The notes: generated by a model not told the origin, from the letters alone. Counted from the first letter of the stretch, positions 26,587 to 36,610 are shown. The stretch: 64,000 nucleotides of DNA from Phycisphaerales bacterium (GCA_016716475.1 JADJWG010000004.1:852725-916724), one strand, 5' to 3'. Program-made: numbers and translations.

Positions 26587-27714
26587 CTATGGGCACTGGC
26601 TGACGCACGCAGCCGGCGGATTCTTGAGCAGCGCAATGAACGGCGAGATGTCCGCGAAGCTCACCACGCCGTCGCCATTCGCATCGCTGTTCAGGTAGGG
26701 TCCGTAACCCGCGTCCAGGTCACAAGTCCAGTTGGCATCACTCCCGGCCTTGAGCGCCGCAATGAACGGCGAGATATCGGCGAAATCCACAACCGTATCG
26801 CCGTTTGCATCGCCGGGACAAGCGGCCGGTGGTGTTGGGACTGGAATCCACGCTACGTGGCGAAACGTCCAGCTCGCGCTCGCCACCACGACCTCATAGA
26901 CACCGGTCGTCGGATCGAGCACTCCGACCGTGCCGCCGCTGGCGCCGGCGGTCGTACCGGCCGCGCAGTACAGGATGCGGCCGTTGCCAAGTTCCCAGAC
27001 CCCCCGCACACCGAGGTTGCCGACATCGTAGAAGTTGAGCTGGGTCCCGGTGGCATCGAACTCGTAGATTCCGCGCACCGCACTGAAGCCCGCGACGTAG
27101 AGATTTCCGTTGCCCCGGGCGTAGACCTGCTGCGGAAAGCGTAGGGCGCTGGTGGCTGCGTTGTGAAACGGCGGGAGCGGGGCTCCGGCGAGTGTGAAAC
27201 GTTCCAGGTTATGGTCATTTGAATCCGGCACGAGCACATCATGCTCGCGAAAGAGAACATAGTAGGGGCTCGCGATGATTCCGCTTGCGAACGTGCTCTG
27301 CCCCGTGCCGTCGAGCTCGAAGCGCTGCACAGTTCCGCTGTGGGGGCCGGCCGCCACGGTCACGTAGAGCTGCCCGTCGTGCAGCGCGATGCCGCGGAGG
27401 TTCTGAATTCCATGGTTCGGCTGGTCGACGATGCGGCCCAGGTACGTGCCATCATAGGCATACTCGAAAACCGCATTCGCAGTCTGGTCACTGATAAGGA
27501 TCGTGCCACGCCCGCTGTCGATCGGCGTGTGCGGCGTTCGCAGGTTCTCGGTGTCCACGATGAACGCGTCGTCGACGAGTGCCCCATCGAAGGGATCGAA
27601 CGCCCACACCGCGCGCAGGGCCGAGTTGGGGATCACCAGCAGTCCTTCGCCCCCCGCTGTCCCCACCCACGCGCACGCTAGTGCGATTACCAATCCGAGT
27701 CGTCCCGCCTTCAT
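26587..27714 (-). CDS. Secreted beta-propeller-like (NHL/SGL-type repeat) protein with two C-terminal dockerin-like repeats
   Basis: Signal MKAGRLGLVIALACAWVGTAGG. C-terminus has two copies of GDANGDTVVDFADISPFIAALKAG. Confidence 0.7.
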   Translation of the reverse strand: MKAGRLGLVIALACAWVGTAGGEGLLVIPNSALRAVWAFDPFDGALVDDAFIVDTENLRTPHTPIDSGRGTILISDQTANAVFEYAYDGTYLGRIVDQPNHGIQNLRGIALHDGQLYVTVAAGPHSGTVQRFELDGTGQSTFASGIIASPYYVLFREHDVLVPDSNDHNLERFTLAGAPLPPFHNAATSALRFPQQVYARGNGNLYVAGFSAVRGIYEFDATGTQLNFYDVGNLGVRGVWELGNGRILYCAAGTTAGASGGTVGVLDPTTGVYEVVVASASWTFRHVAWIPVPTPPAACPGDANGDTVVDFADISPFIAALKAGSDANWTCDLDAGYGPYLNSDANGDGVVSFADISPFIALLKNPPAACVSQCP

Positions 27715-27851
27715 TGCATACCTCCTCGTATGGCCTCGCCAGCAACAGTTCCGATGGACGTCCGCGTGGCCTGACCGGGATCATCGAGGTATGCATTGTA
27801 CCGAAGAAGATCGACTCGATGGGCCTGCACCGCGCACCATCATCAATTGTC

Positions 27852-27881
27852 TTGACCCTGCAACAACCAGGTAGCTATAGT
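27852..27881 (+). promoter_or_regulatory. Putative sigma70-like promoter TTGACC-N18-TATAGT for the 28040 gene
   Basis: Sits in an AT-richer divergent intergenic region between the two dockerin-protein genes. Confidence 0.3.
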
Positions 27882-28039
27882 GGAACTGGAGGATGGGTGA
27901 TTGGGCGCCGGGTGGGCACCATGCACTATTCTCACATCGTGTCTAAGGATGCCGTGGCAGACCGATAATACAGAAAATCGTGGCGGCGTATCGCTGACGG
28001 GCGGTATCCATAGTGCGACTGCCAATGATGGAGGCACTC

Positions 28040-30544
28040 ATGGCAAGACGAGCGCGTAATGGTGCGGGTGGTAGCGCATTACTGCTTGTGATGATGGCGG
28101 GCGTTTCCACCGCCTGGGCGAACCCGATCGACGCCGTATGGAACGGTGGCAGCGGATCGTGGAACACGGCGGCGAACTGGTCCGGTATCGTCGTTCCCAA
28201 CAACGCCGGCGGAAACGTCTTCCGTGCAATCATCGACTCCACGAACCCGGTGGCATCGGTCGTCACGCTGAACACCAACGTGACCATCGGGGGGCTCGTG
28301 ATCGACGCGGGGGATGAGGTCATCATCGATAATGCCCGAATCCTGACCATCGCCGGTGGCCCGATCGAGAATGCCGGTACATTGCGAATCGGGTCGGCGG
28401 GCGGTAACACGTACCTGCTCCTGAGCACCGGTCCGGTTGAGCTGACCGGCGGCGGCGACGTGCAGCTTTCGAACACGAACGCAAACTGGATCTACCGCGG
28501 CGACTTCGCCGGAAGTCTCGTCAACGTGGACAACACGATCCGCGGCTCCGGCAACTTCGGCTGGAGCGGTGCTCCGATGCCCATCGAGAACCAGGCCCTG
28601 GTCGTGGCGGACCAGAGCACCGCGCTGACCGTCGCGTCCGGAACTGCCATTTTCCGCAACCTGGGGACGCTGCGAGCTGAGAACGGCGCCACCCTGCAAC
28701 TCACCGGTAACATCGACAACGAAGACGGCCTGATCGAGGCCCTGGATGGCTCGCGTGTCCTGCTGACGAATGTGACGGTCAACGCCGGTACGCTTGACAG
28801 CGCCGGGTCCGGCGCTGTCGAGGCCGGGTTTGGCGGTACGCTGGACGGTAGTGCCCATCCGATTCACATCCAGGGTGAAGTGCGCATCCCCAACGGCCAG
28901 ATTCTTAGCGCGCGGGGCGAACTACACAACACCGGTGTGATCACGCTGAACTCGGCTGGCGGCAACACTTACCTCTTGCCCACAGGAGGCCCGCTGACAC
29001 TGACTGGTGGTGGTGAAGTGCGCTTCTCGAACTTGCCCTCCAACTGGATTTACCGCGGTGATGCCGATGGCAGTCTTGTCAACGTGGACAATACGATCCG
29101 CGGTTCAGGTAACCTCGGCTGGAGCGGAGGTCCGATGCCCATCGAGAACCAGGCCCTGGTCGTGGCCGACCAGAGCGCCGCGCTGACCGTCGCGTCCGGA
29201 ACCGCCACCTTCCGCAACCTGGGAACGCTGCGTGCCGAGAACGGCGCCACCCTGCAACTCAGCGGTAACATCGACAACGAAGACGGCCTGATCGAGGCGC
29301 TGGACGACTCGCGCGTCCTGCTGACCAGCGTGACGGTCAGCGCCGGTACGCTGGACAGCGCCGGGTCCGGCGCTGTCGAGGCCGGGTCTGGCAGCACGCT
29401 GGACGGTACGGCGCATCCGATTCACATCCTGGGTGAAGTGCGCATCCCCAACAGCCAGATTCTTCGCGCGCGGGGCGAACTGCACAACACCGGTGTGATC
29501 ACGCTGAACTCGTCCGGCGGCAGTACCTACCTCTGGCCCACGGGCGGCCCGTTGACGCTGACTGGCGGGGGTGAAGTGCGACTCTCGAACTCGGCCACCA
29601 ACTGGATTTACCGCGGTGATGACAACGGGAGTCTCGTTAACGTGGACAACACGATCCGCGGCGCGGGCAATCTCGGCTGGAGCGGTGCTCCCACGCCGCT
29701 TCTGAACCACGGAGCGGTAATCGCCGATCAGTCCACCGCCCTCCGCATCAACGCACATCCGACCGAGGGTTTCGTATCCACCGGCCACCTCGAGGCGAGC
29801 GGCAGCGGCGGGATCATCGTCGACGGCTCCGGACCCTGCACGACGTCCGGCACCGTCCATGTCGCCGCCGGCAGTTCGCTCGCTCGAACGGGTGTCTTTA
29901 CTCAGACGGCGGGCCAGACCACCGTCCTCGGTTCGTTCACGGCGACGCAGGGGATCAGTCTGGAGGGTGGCATCCTCCGCGGGACGGGGACTGTCGGTAC
30001 ACTGAGCAACTCGGGCGGCACCGTGACACCCGGACTCTCGCTGGGAACTCTCGCCATCACCGGCAACTACACGCAGTCCGGCTCCGGGTTGTTCGAAGTC
30101 GAAGTGCAAGGCCTCGACACTGGCGAGGCCGATCGGCTCGCCGCAACCGGCACCCTGTCGCTCGGCGGCACGTTGAAGGTCATCGCCCAGGGCGAGTACA
30201 CCCCCGCGATCGGCGACATGTTCACGATCGCGACGTCTTCCGGCATCTCCGGCCACTTCACCGACTACATCGCCGAGGGCTTCCCGAGCGGCGTGACCAT
30301 CACGATGTACCGCGACGGGACGACGCTGCGGGTGGCGGTGGTGCGGCCGGGCGACATCAACTGCGACGGCGTGGTCAATTTTGCGGACATTTCGCCCTTC
30401 ATTGCGGCCATCAAGGCCGGGAGTCTCGAGGCCTGGACCGAGCCGTGCCCCTGGCTCAACGCGGACGCGAACCGCGACGGGACCGTGAACTTCGCCGACA
30501 TCAGCCCGTTCATCGCGCTGATCAAGGCCGGCGCCGGCGGGTAG
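28040..30544 (+). CDS. Large secreted PATR-type (autotransporter-associated beta-strand repeat) protein with internal tandem repeats and twin C-terminal dockerin-like repeats
   Basis: GGAGG RBS, start MARRARNG..., signal LLLVMMAGVSTAWA. WNGGSGSWNTAANWSG opening motif. C-terminus GDINCDGVVNFADISPFIAAIKAG ... DANRDGTVNFADISPFIALIKAG. Confidence 0.75.
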   Translation: MARRARNGAGGSALLLVMMAGVSTAWANPIDAVWNGGSGSWNTAANWSGIVVPNNAGGNVFRAIIDSTNPVASVVTLNTNVTIGGLVIDAGDEVIIDNARILTIAGGPIENAGTLRIGSAGGNTYLLLSTGPVELTGGGDVQLSNTNANWIYRGDFAGSLVNVDNTIRGSGNFGWSGAPMPIENQALVVADQSTALTVASGTAIFRNLGTLRAENGATLQLTGNIDNEDGLIEALDGSRVLLTNVTVNAGTLDSAGSGAVEAGFGGTLDGSAHPIHIQGEVRIPNGQILSARGELHNTGVITLNSAGGNTYLLPTGGPLTLTGGGEVRFSNLPSNWIYRGDADGSLVNVDNTIRGSGNLGWSGGPMPIENQALVVADQSAALTVASGTATFRNLGTLRAENGATLQLSGNIDNEDGLIEALDDSRVLLTSVTVSAGTLDSAGSGAVEAGSGSTLDGTAHPIHILGEVRIPNSQILRARGELHNTGVITLNSSGGSTYLWPTGGPLTLTGGGEVRLSNSATNWIYRGDDNGSLVNVDNTIRGAGNLGWSGAPTPLLNHGAVIADQSTALRINAHPTEGFVSTGHLEASGSGGIIVDGSGPCTTSGTVHVAAGSSLARTGVFTQTAGQTTVLGSFTATQGISLEGGILRGTGTVGTLSNSGGTVTPGLSLGTLAITGNYTQSGSGLFEVEVQGLDTGEADRLAATGTLSLGGTLKVIAQGEYTPAIGDMFTIATSSGISGHFTDYIAEGFPSGVTITMYRDGTTLRVAVVRPGDINCDGVVNFADISPFIAAIKAGSLEAWTEPCPWLNADANRDGTVNFADISPFIALIKAGAGG
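28380..29760 (+). repeat. In-frame tandem repeat: about 2.5 copies of a 558-bp (186-aa) unit at very high nucleotide identity
   Basis: 'aactggat(c/t)taccgcgg' recurs at 28484, 29042 and 29600, period exactly 558 bp. Long stretches are nearly identical (WIYRGD..GSLVNVDNTIRGSGNLGWSG..PIENQALVVADQS..). Confidence 0.8.
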
Positions 30545-30686
30545 CGCGGTGGCGGTGTCGTGGGTGCGGTTCTGAAATTCGCTCCCGATTTGAATGGACG
30601 GCGGGCCACCATGGGGTACTCTTATCGCAGGCGGGGCGCAGCCGTACGTAGGGACGGAGCGCTACCGCCGGCGGTGGAGGTGTCCC

Positions 30687-31331
30687 ATGTTTGCGACGCT
30701 CTCCGAGACCCTGCTGGCCGATAGTGCCGGCGCTGCCGGGATTCTACTGGGTCTGTATTGGTTCGGCCTGATTGTCGGTGGCGGGCTGTTACTGCTCTCC
30801 GTCTTCAGCGGCGGTGACCACGACCTGGGCGTCGATAGCGATGTCGCGGTCGGTGATTTCGACATTTCACATACCCACGGCCTTTCTCACACGGTCGCGG
30901 CACTGAGCACCTGGTTCTCACTCAACTTCGTGGTGTTCTCCGCGGCGCTGTTCGGAGCGTTCGGGCTCGTTTTGTCCTACTTGAGCACGCTCAGTCCTTG
31001 GCTGGCATTCGGTGTGGCTCTTGGTGGGGGGCTGCTTCTTGGCCAGGGGGCTCACCAACTCATGCGGCTGGTCCGCCGAACTTCGGGCGACAGCGCTACC
31101 CAGCCGCAGGACTATGTCCACAAGCTGGCGCGCGTGACCATCGCCATCGCGCCCCACGGTAAGGGCGAGGTGGCGCTCCAGGTTCGCGGTGGAGAACGCT
31201 ACGTCCCCGCCCTCAGCGATGCCGGTAATGGCTTTGCTGCCGGAGATGAGGTTGTCGTCGTCGGCTACCGTGCCGGCATTGCCTACGTCGTGTCCAGGAC
31301 TGAGTACCGAGACCGCGTCCAAGCCGGGTGA
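30687..31331 (+). CDS. NfeD-like membrane protein (YuaF/NfeD short form, C-terminal OB-fold)
   Basis: Multi-TM N-terminus, C-terminal ARVTIAIAPHGKGEVALQVRGGERYVPA beta-barrel region. Positioned directly upstream of a flotillin gene. Confidence 0.65.
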   Translation: MFATLSETLLADSAGAAGILLGLYWFGLIVGGGLLLLSVFSGGDHDLGVDSDVAVGDFDISHTHGLSHTVAALSTWFSLNFVVFSAALFGAFGLVLSYLSTLSPWLAFGVALGGGLLLGQGAHQLMRLVRRTSGDSATQPQDYVHKLARVTIAIAPHGKGEVALQVRGGERYVPALSDAGNGFAAGDEVVVVGYRAGIAYVVSRTEYRDRVQAG

Positions 31332-31349
31332 CCGGCAGGGAGGAGCCCC

Positions 31350-32651
31350 ATGGAACCGCTGATTGCGATTGGGTTCATCACGCTCGCCGTGGCGGTGATT
31401 GCGCTGGTCATCATTGCCAAGCTCATCGTCGTCGGCAATCCCGATGAGTTGCTGGTCATCAGCGGCAGCCGCGGGCGTGAGGACCTCGGTTATCGCACGC
31501 TCATCGGCGGTCGCACGCTGGTCATCCCGGTCATCAACCGCGTCAGCCGCCTGAGTCTGCGCAACATGCAGGTCGCCATCGAGGTCAAGGCGCAGAGCGG
31601 CGGTGGACGCATGGTGCCGGTGATCGTGACCGGAGTAGCCAATGTGAAGATCTCGTCGTCCCCGGCCGAGCGCGCCGCGGCCATCGAGCGTTTCCTCGGC
31701 CAGCACACCGAGCAGCTCCAGCGTGTCGCCCGTGAGACCCTTGAGGGCGGTCTGCGGGCCGTGATCGGTAAGATGACGCCGGAGGAGATCGTCGAAGATC
31801 GCGACAAGTTCGTCGCCACCGTCATGGCCGAGGTGCATGACGACTATCGCAAGCTGGGTCTCCAGATTGATAGCGTCAACATCCAGAACGTGCATGATGA
31901 GGAGGAGTACCTCGTCTCCATTTCACGCAAGGCCCGCGCGCAGGTCCTTGCCGATGCCCGCATGGCCGAAGCGCTGCGCGCTGCCGAGGCGGTCCAGACC
32001 GAAGCGGAAGCCAATGCCGCCGCCCGCAAGGCGAAGGCGGATCGCGATGCCGAGGCCCGGCTGGTCGAAGCCCAGTCGCGGCAGCGGGCCGAGCAGGCCC
32101 GTCTCGCCGCGGAGAAAGCCGTGGCCGAAGCGGAGAACGACCTGCGTATGCGCAAGGCCGAGCTCTCGCGTGACGCGGCCCACAAGGAAGCGGAGCAGCA
32201 GAAGGCCGAAGCCGAGGCCGAGCGCGCCCGCCTTGACGCGACGGAGGTAGCCCGGGCACTGGCGGCCCGCGACGTGGCCCAGGCCAAGGCCCAGGGTGAC
32301 GCCGCCAAGACGGCCGAAGAGGGCAAGGCCCGCGCAGCCGCGATTGAGCAGATCGGCCTTGCCATCCAGAAACACCCCGACGCGTTGAAGGTCATGCTGG
32401 TCGAGATGATGCCGGCCATCGTCCAGGAAATGGCGAAGTCCGTGCAGAACATCGACCTCGGTAACGTGACGGTGATTGACGGCGGCAATGGGCAGGGTGT
32501 GGCCGGTGCGGCCCTGAGCCGAGCCCGGGTGCTGTCGGAGTCGCTGGCGACGATCGAGTCGGTGCTGGGTGTGGACTTGCGGCAGGTGTCACAAGGCATC
32601 GCACGGAACATTGCCGGTGAACCTTCTCATGCGCCGCAGCCGCGGGCGTAG
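31350..32651 (+). CDS. Flotillin-like SPFH/band-7 protein (FloT/YuaG-like)
   Basis: N-terminal TM, SPFH core, then long Ala/Glu-rich coiled-coil (flotillin domain). Confidence 0.85.
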   Translation: MEPLIAIGFITLAVAVIALVIIAKLIVVGNPDELLVISGSRGREDLGYRTLIGGRTLVIPVINRVSRLSLRNMQVAIEVKAQSGGGRMVPVIVTGVANVKISSSPAERAAAIERFLGQHTEQLQRVARETLEGGLRAVIGKMTPEEIVEDRDKFVATVMAEVHDDYRKLGLQIDSVNIQNVHDEEEYLVSISRKARAQVLADARMAEALRAAEAVQTEAEANAAARKAKADRDAEARLVEAQSRQRAEQARLAAEKAVAEAENDLRMRKAELSRDAAHKEAEQQKAEAEAERARLDATEVARALAARDVAQAKAQGDAAKTAEEGKARAAAIEQIGLAIQKHPDALKVMLVEMMPAIVQEMAKSVQNIDLGNVTVIDGGNGQGVAGAALSRARVLSESLATIESVLGVDLRQVSQGIARNIAGEPSHAPQPRA

Positions 32652-32824
32652 TGGTACAACCACGCCGCGTGGTCACTGTACGGAGGATACGAGTGGAAGG
32701 TCGCGGTCCGGGTGTCCGTCGGCCGCTATTCGGCGTGCAGAAACCCCAGGTGCAGTTCCGCGTGCCGGAGGTTCAATGCGATGCGCTCCGCACGGCCCAA
32801 CCGACCGAACACCGGGCTGTGAAA

Positions 32825-33211
32825 TTACACCGGTTCGCTTTGAAGCCGAGCGACCGCTGCGCGCAGTCGCTGCATCCCTTCCTCTGTCTCGAGCGCCTCG
32901 ATGCCGTATGTTCCACCCGGCGTCCGCGGAATCCGAAGGCCGCTTTCCATCCCGTCACGCAGGTAGCGCTTGACCTTGAAACGCATGACGAACCGCACGA
33001 ACCACGGTACGCGCAGCGGATAGCCCTCATAGGAGTAGTCGATCCAGGTCGCTAGATGTCCAAGTGTCTGCCCGAATGTCCAGTTGCCCGACCGCCGCAG
33101 ACGACCCGCCCGCTCGGCCGTGTTGAGCCGCTCGATCTCAGCGAGCAGTTCGTCCAGAGTCTCAAACCGCAGTCGGCGCCTTACGGCCGTTTTGGTGTTC
33201 ACGGTCGTCAT
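32825..33211 (-). CDS. Hypothetical protein (about 128 aa)
   Basis: Start MTTVNTKTAVRRRLRFETLDEL with GGAG RBS. Family not confidently recognised. Confidence 0.45.
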   Translation of the reverse strand: MTTVNTKTAVRRRLRFETLDELLAEIERLNTAERAGRLRRSGNWTFGQTLGHLATWIDYSYEGYPLRVPWFVRFVMRFKVKRYLRDGMESGLRIPRTPGGTYGIEALETEEGMQRLRAAVARLQSEPV

Positions 33212-33345
33212 GGTTCCGTGCTCCAGCAAGCATGCTTGCGTTGGGCATCCGGTCCTGCATCTCGGCTTGGGGTTTCCGCGGGGTGCCGACTGCCACTGGG
33301 TACGCCTGCGGCGCGCCCGGCGTCACAGCCGGCACGGCCGCTCGA

Positions 33346-34785
33346 CTATCCGCCGTATGCCAACTGCAGGCCGCGCAGGGCCACCAGGTCGACCGCGCCT
33401 TCCCCGTTGTCGAACACGTCGCACAGGCAATCCGCGTAGGCCACCCCGGGACCCAGCATGCAGACGAGGAAGGCCCGTGCATCGAGGAACTCGACGAACC
33501 CATTGTTGTCGTAGTCATACGGCGTGGGTGGCTCCGTGGGGCCCCCCGGGGTGATGCGGTAGACTTCACCCGTGTTCGCGAGATTGCCCTGTTTGACGAT
33601 GTACAGCTCCCCGCGCGCATCCTCACCGAATGACACGATCGAGTCGATGCTCAGACCACCGCCGGGTGCGAGTTCGGCCGTGCGGTCCTGTGCGACGGGG
33701 ATGAACGCCCCGGCGTAGCGGAACGACCAGACCTGCCGGCTGCAAAAGTCGCCGAAGAAGTACGTACCGCGGAGGTCCGGAATGGCGCAACCGCGGTAGA
33801 CGTAGCCACCCGTGATGGCGCAGCGGAAAGGATTGCCGCCGCGGGCGTACTCGTGGATCGGCTCGGTGAAGGGCGTCTGTGAGCAGTCCCCGGAAGTGTT
33901 GAAGTTGTGCGCGCCTTCACGGCAGCGCCAGCCATAATTCTCGCCCCCCGGGCTCTCGGCCGGCTGAAAGTTCACTTCCTCCCAGGACGCCTGGCCGACG
34001 TCGGCGATGTAGAGATCACCGGTGAGGCGGTCAAAACTGGGTCGCCAGGGGTTGCGCAGGCCGAACGACCAGATTTCGTGATCGCCGGTCAGGCCCACGA
34101 AGGGATTGGTCGCAGGGATGGCGTAGTTGCGGTTTGGATCGGCAGGAAAATCGTCGCCGTCGACGTCGATGCGCAACATCTTGCCGAGCAGGTTGTTGGT
34201 GATGTCCTGCGAGTTGCCGACTCCCGGTGTATGGCCGGCGTCCGTGTCACCGCTGCCACCGCCGTCGCCGGTTGCGATGTAGAGGTAGCCGTCGTGGGGG
34301 CCGAAGTCGAGCCAACCGCCGTTGTGGTTGGCCTGCGGCTGGGCAATGGTCAGAAGCAGGGTGGCGCTGCCGGGGTCGGCGATGTTGGGATTCGCAGAGA
34401 CGGTGTAGCGGGCGACGACGGTGCTGCCGGCGTTGTTGGTGTAGTTGACGTAGAACCAGCCGTTGCCGGCATAGTTCGGGTGAAAAGCGAGGCCGAGCAG
34501 GCCCTGCTCGCTGTTGTTCGTTGTACCCCCGCCGACGAGAGGATCGATGTTGAGGAAGGGCGTGCCGAGGAGCACGCCGCTGCCAAGATCCAGGATCTTG
34601 ATGACGCCGGCCTTCTCGACGATGAAGAGGCGATTGTCATCGCCCGGCGGGGCCGTCACATAGATCGGTCGGTTGAGGCCGGTTGCCACGCGCACCGTGG
34701 TAAGGGGCGTGGCGGCGTGAACGATGGACGTGGCCAGCAGCGCACCACAAAGAGCAATCAACAGTGTCGTAGGACTGGGCTTCAT
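33346..34785 (-). CDS. PQQ-dependent soluble sugar (glucose/sorbosone) dehydrogenase-like beta-propeller with C-terminal dockerin-like repeat
   Basis: Signal MKPSPTTLLIALCGALLATSIVHA. LNRPIYVTAPPGDDNRLFIVEKAGVIKIL, EQGLLGLAFHPNY, HNGGWLDFGPHDGYLYIATGDGG. C-terminus DYDNNGFVEFLDARAF..DVFDNGEGAVDLVAL. Confidence 0.8.
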   Translation of the reverse strand: MKPSPTTLLIALCGALLATSIVHAATPLTTVRVATGLNRPIYVTAPPGDDNRLFIVEKAGVIKILDLGSGVLLGTPFLNIDPLVGGGTTNNSEQGLLGLAFHPNYAGNGWFYVNYTNNAGSTVVARYTVSANPNIADPGSATLLLTIAQPQANHNGGWLDFGPHDGYLYIATGDGGGSGDTDAGHTPGVGNSQDITNNLLGKMLRIDVDGDDFPADPNRNYAIPATNPFVGLTGDHEIWSFGLRNPWRPSFDRLTGDLYIADVGQASWEEVNFQPAESPGGENYGWRCREGAHNFNTSGDCSQTPFTEPIHEYARGGNPFRCAITGGYVYRGCAIPDLRGTYFFGDFCSRQVWSFRYAGAFIPVAQDRTAELAPGGGLSIDSIVSFGEDARGELYIVKQGNLANTGEVYRITPGGPTEPPTPYDYDNNGFVEFLDARAFLVCMLGPGVAYADCLCDVFDNGEGAVDLVALRGLQLAYGG

Positions 34786-35056
34786 CTCACGCTCCAATGG
34801 GATAGGTATGGTTGCAGGGCGCGTCGTGCCGCGCAGACTGCACACGCTTCCGGCTTCGGCCGGGGAATTGTAGGCCGGTCCGGTGCGCTGTGCCGGTTCA
34901 CCGCAGCGAAAGTCACACGCGCAATTTCTTCGCCGCGCGGAGCGTGCCTGGCGGGCCCGGTGCAGCGCTCCCGGTTGACGGTCCCGGCGTCGTCGGGTAC
35001 TTCCTTCCGATGGAGTTCCGCTGAAGTTCCCGCTGACCGCAAGCAGGCGATCCCAC

Positions 35057-36610
35057 GTGCCCCCTTCCGCCGAAAACACGACCGCGCCAGACACGGTGTC
35101 GCGCCCATCGCCGGCCCTGCCCATCATCCTCTTGCTCGTGGCTGCGTATGCCGCCGCAATCTATCTGCCCTTTCTCGGCACCGGCCGGATGCTGACTTCG
35201 CACGAGGGGATGGTCGCGCACCCGGCGCTGAGGATTCTGTCGGACGGGGTGTGGATCGTGCCGCCGTACGCGGCCGGTCACTGGCTGGACAAGCAGCCAC
35301 TGGTCAACTGGCTCGCGGCAGTTTGTTTTGCTGTGGCCGGCGGTTTCAGTGAGTTTGCCGCGCGGTTGCCGGCGGCGCTGAGTGCCATCTTGCTGTGCCT
35401 GCTGGTGACGGTGGTGGCTGCACGGTTCGAAACGCGGCGGGCGGCGCTGCTGGCGGGGCTGGCGCAGGCCTCGATGGTGTACCTGTACATGCAGGGGCGG
35501 CTCGGCGAAGTCGATACCACTTTCGCGCTGCTGGTCACGGCGGCGCATTTCGTACTGCTGTGGCACTGGGGGAAGGGCACGTGGCACCTGCCGTGGAAGG
35601 CCGCGGTGCTGTTTCACGTTGTGCTCGCGTTAGCCGTTCTGACGAAGGGCTTTCTCGCGGTCGTCCTGGTGGGGCTCACCATTCTCGCACTGTGCTGGCT
35701 TGCCCAGACGTGGCAGCCGCTGCGCGTTGTCGTGGTGACACCGGCGGTGCTGCTGTTCGTGCTGATTGCGGGCGGCTGGCACCTGGCGGCCTACCTGGCG
35801 GTGGGCCAGGAAGCGCTCGACCAGTGGCGGTACAACTCGGTGCTGCGATTTTTCGGGCTTCATCACCTGCAGCCGAAGACCTTCTTCCTGTATTTGTACA
35901 CCGTTCCTTGGATGGTGCTGCCGTGCGGAGCCGCACTGGTGATCGCCGCGCCGCGTCTGCGGCGCGCCGCCCGCGCGCCGGATGGGTACGTGGACCGCTT
36001 TGTCTGGGCCGCCTTCTTCGCCGGCATGCTGTTCCTGATGCTCTCGTTTCACAAGGCCAAGCACTACGTGGTGCCGGTGTTGCCGGTGCTGACCCTCCTG
36101 ATTGGGCGCGTGCTCGATTGGCACGTCGAGATCAAGGGGCGCGCCGCGCAGGTGTTCTACGCCAGCGTGTTCTCGGTCGCCCTGCTCGCGTTCGGACTCG
36201 TCAGTGGCGTGGTGATGCCGGCACGTGATCACCGCCGCCCCACGGTGGAGTTTGCGCAGCGCGTGACGGGTGATTTGCCGGCCGACGCAGTGCTGCTCGT
36301 GACGGGGTTGGGGCAGCACGCGGTCTATCCGTACCTTGCGCATCCACGGATCGTCTACGCGGATGAGCCCGAAGCCATTCGGCGCCTCATTGCCGAACGG
36401 GGCGGCGCACCGCTTTGGGCGTTGACGGTGCAGAAGCGCATGCCGGATGCCGAGAAGCTCGGGCTGCAATTCGAGGAGTTGGCGCGGGAGGAGCCCCGGC
36501 GCAAACTCAACCCGGGCGACGAGCTGGTGTTCGGGCGATTGCTCGGGTTCGTCGCGTCGGGCCACCGCAGCCAGCCGACGACGGCGAAAGACGATGCCGC
36601 CTCACCGTAG
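35057..36610 (+). CDS. ArnT/PMT-family (GT83/GT39-like) membrane glycosyltransferase
   Basis: Multi-TM protein of about 517 aa with characteristic N-terminal loop and overall topology of the family. Confidence 0.75.
   Translation: MPPSAENTTAPDTVSRPSPALPIILLLVAAYAAAIYLPFLGTGRMLTSHEGMVAHPALRILSDGVWIVPPYAAGHWLDKQPLVNWLAAVCFAVAGGFSEFAARLPAALSAILLCLLVTVVAARFETRRAALLAGLAQASMVYLYMQGRLGEVDTTFALLVTAAHFVLLWHWGKGTWHLPWKAAVLFHVVLALAVLTKGFLAVVLVGLTILALCWLAQTWQPLRVVVVTPAVLLFVLIAGGWHLAAYLAVGQEALDQWRYNSVLRFFGLHHLQPKTFFLYLYTVPWMVLPCGAALVIAAPRLRRAARAPDGYVDRFVWAAFFAGMLFLMLSFHKAKHYVVPVLPVLTLLIGRVLDWHVEIKGRAAQVFYASVFSVALLAFGLVSGVVMPARDHRRPTVEFAQRVTGDLPADAVLLVTGLGQHAVYPYLAHPRIVYADEPEAIRRLIAERGGAPLWALTVQKRMPDAEKLGLQFEELAREEPRRKLNPGDELVFGRLLGFVASGHRSQPTTAKDDAASP

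Noticed and set aside
26383-27144. 253-aa plus-strand ORF
   Set aside because: Its 3' two-thirds is antisense to the well-supported 26587..27714 gene. Only its 5' end (dockerin-like remnant) is meaningful and is assigned to the pseudogene fragment.
28380-29760. Possible CRISPR-like repeat array
   Set aside because: The repeats are 558 bp, contiguous, in-frame and protein-coding (PATR beta-strand units), not short direct repeats with unique spacers. No cas genes.
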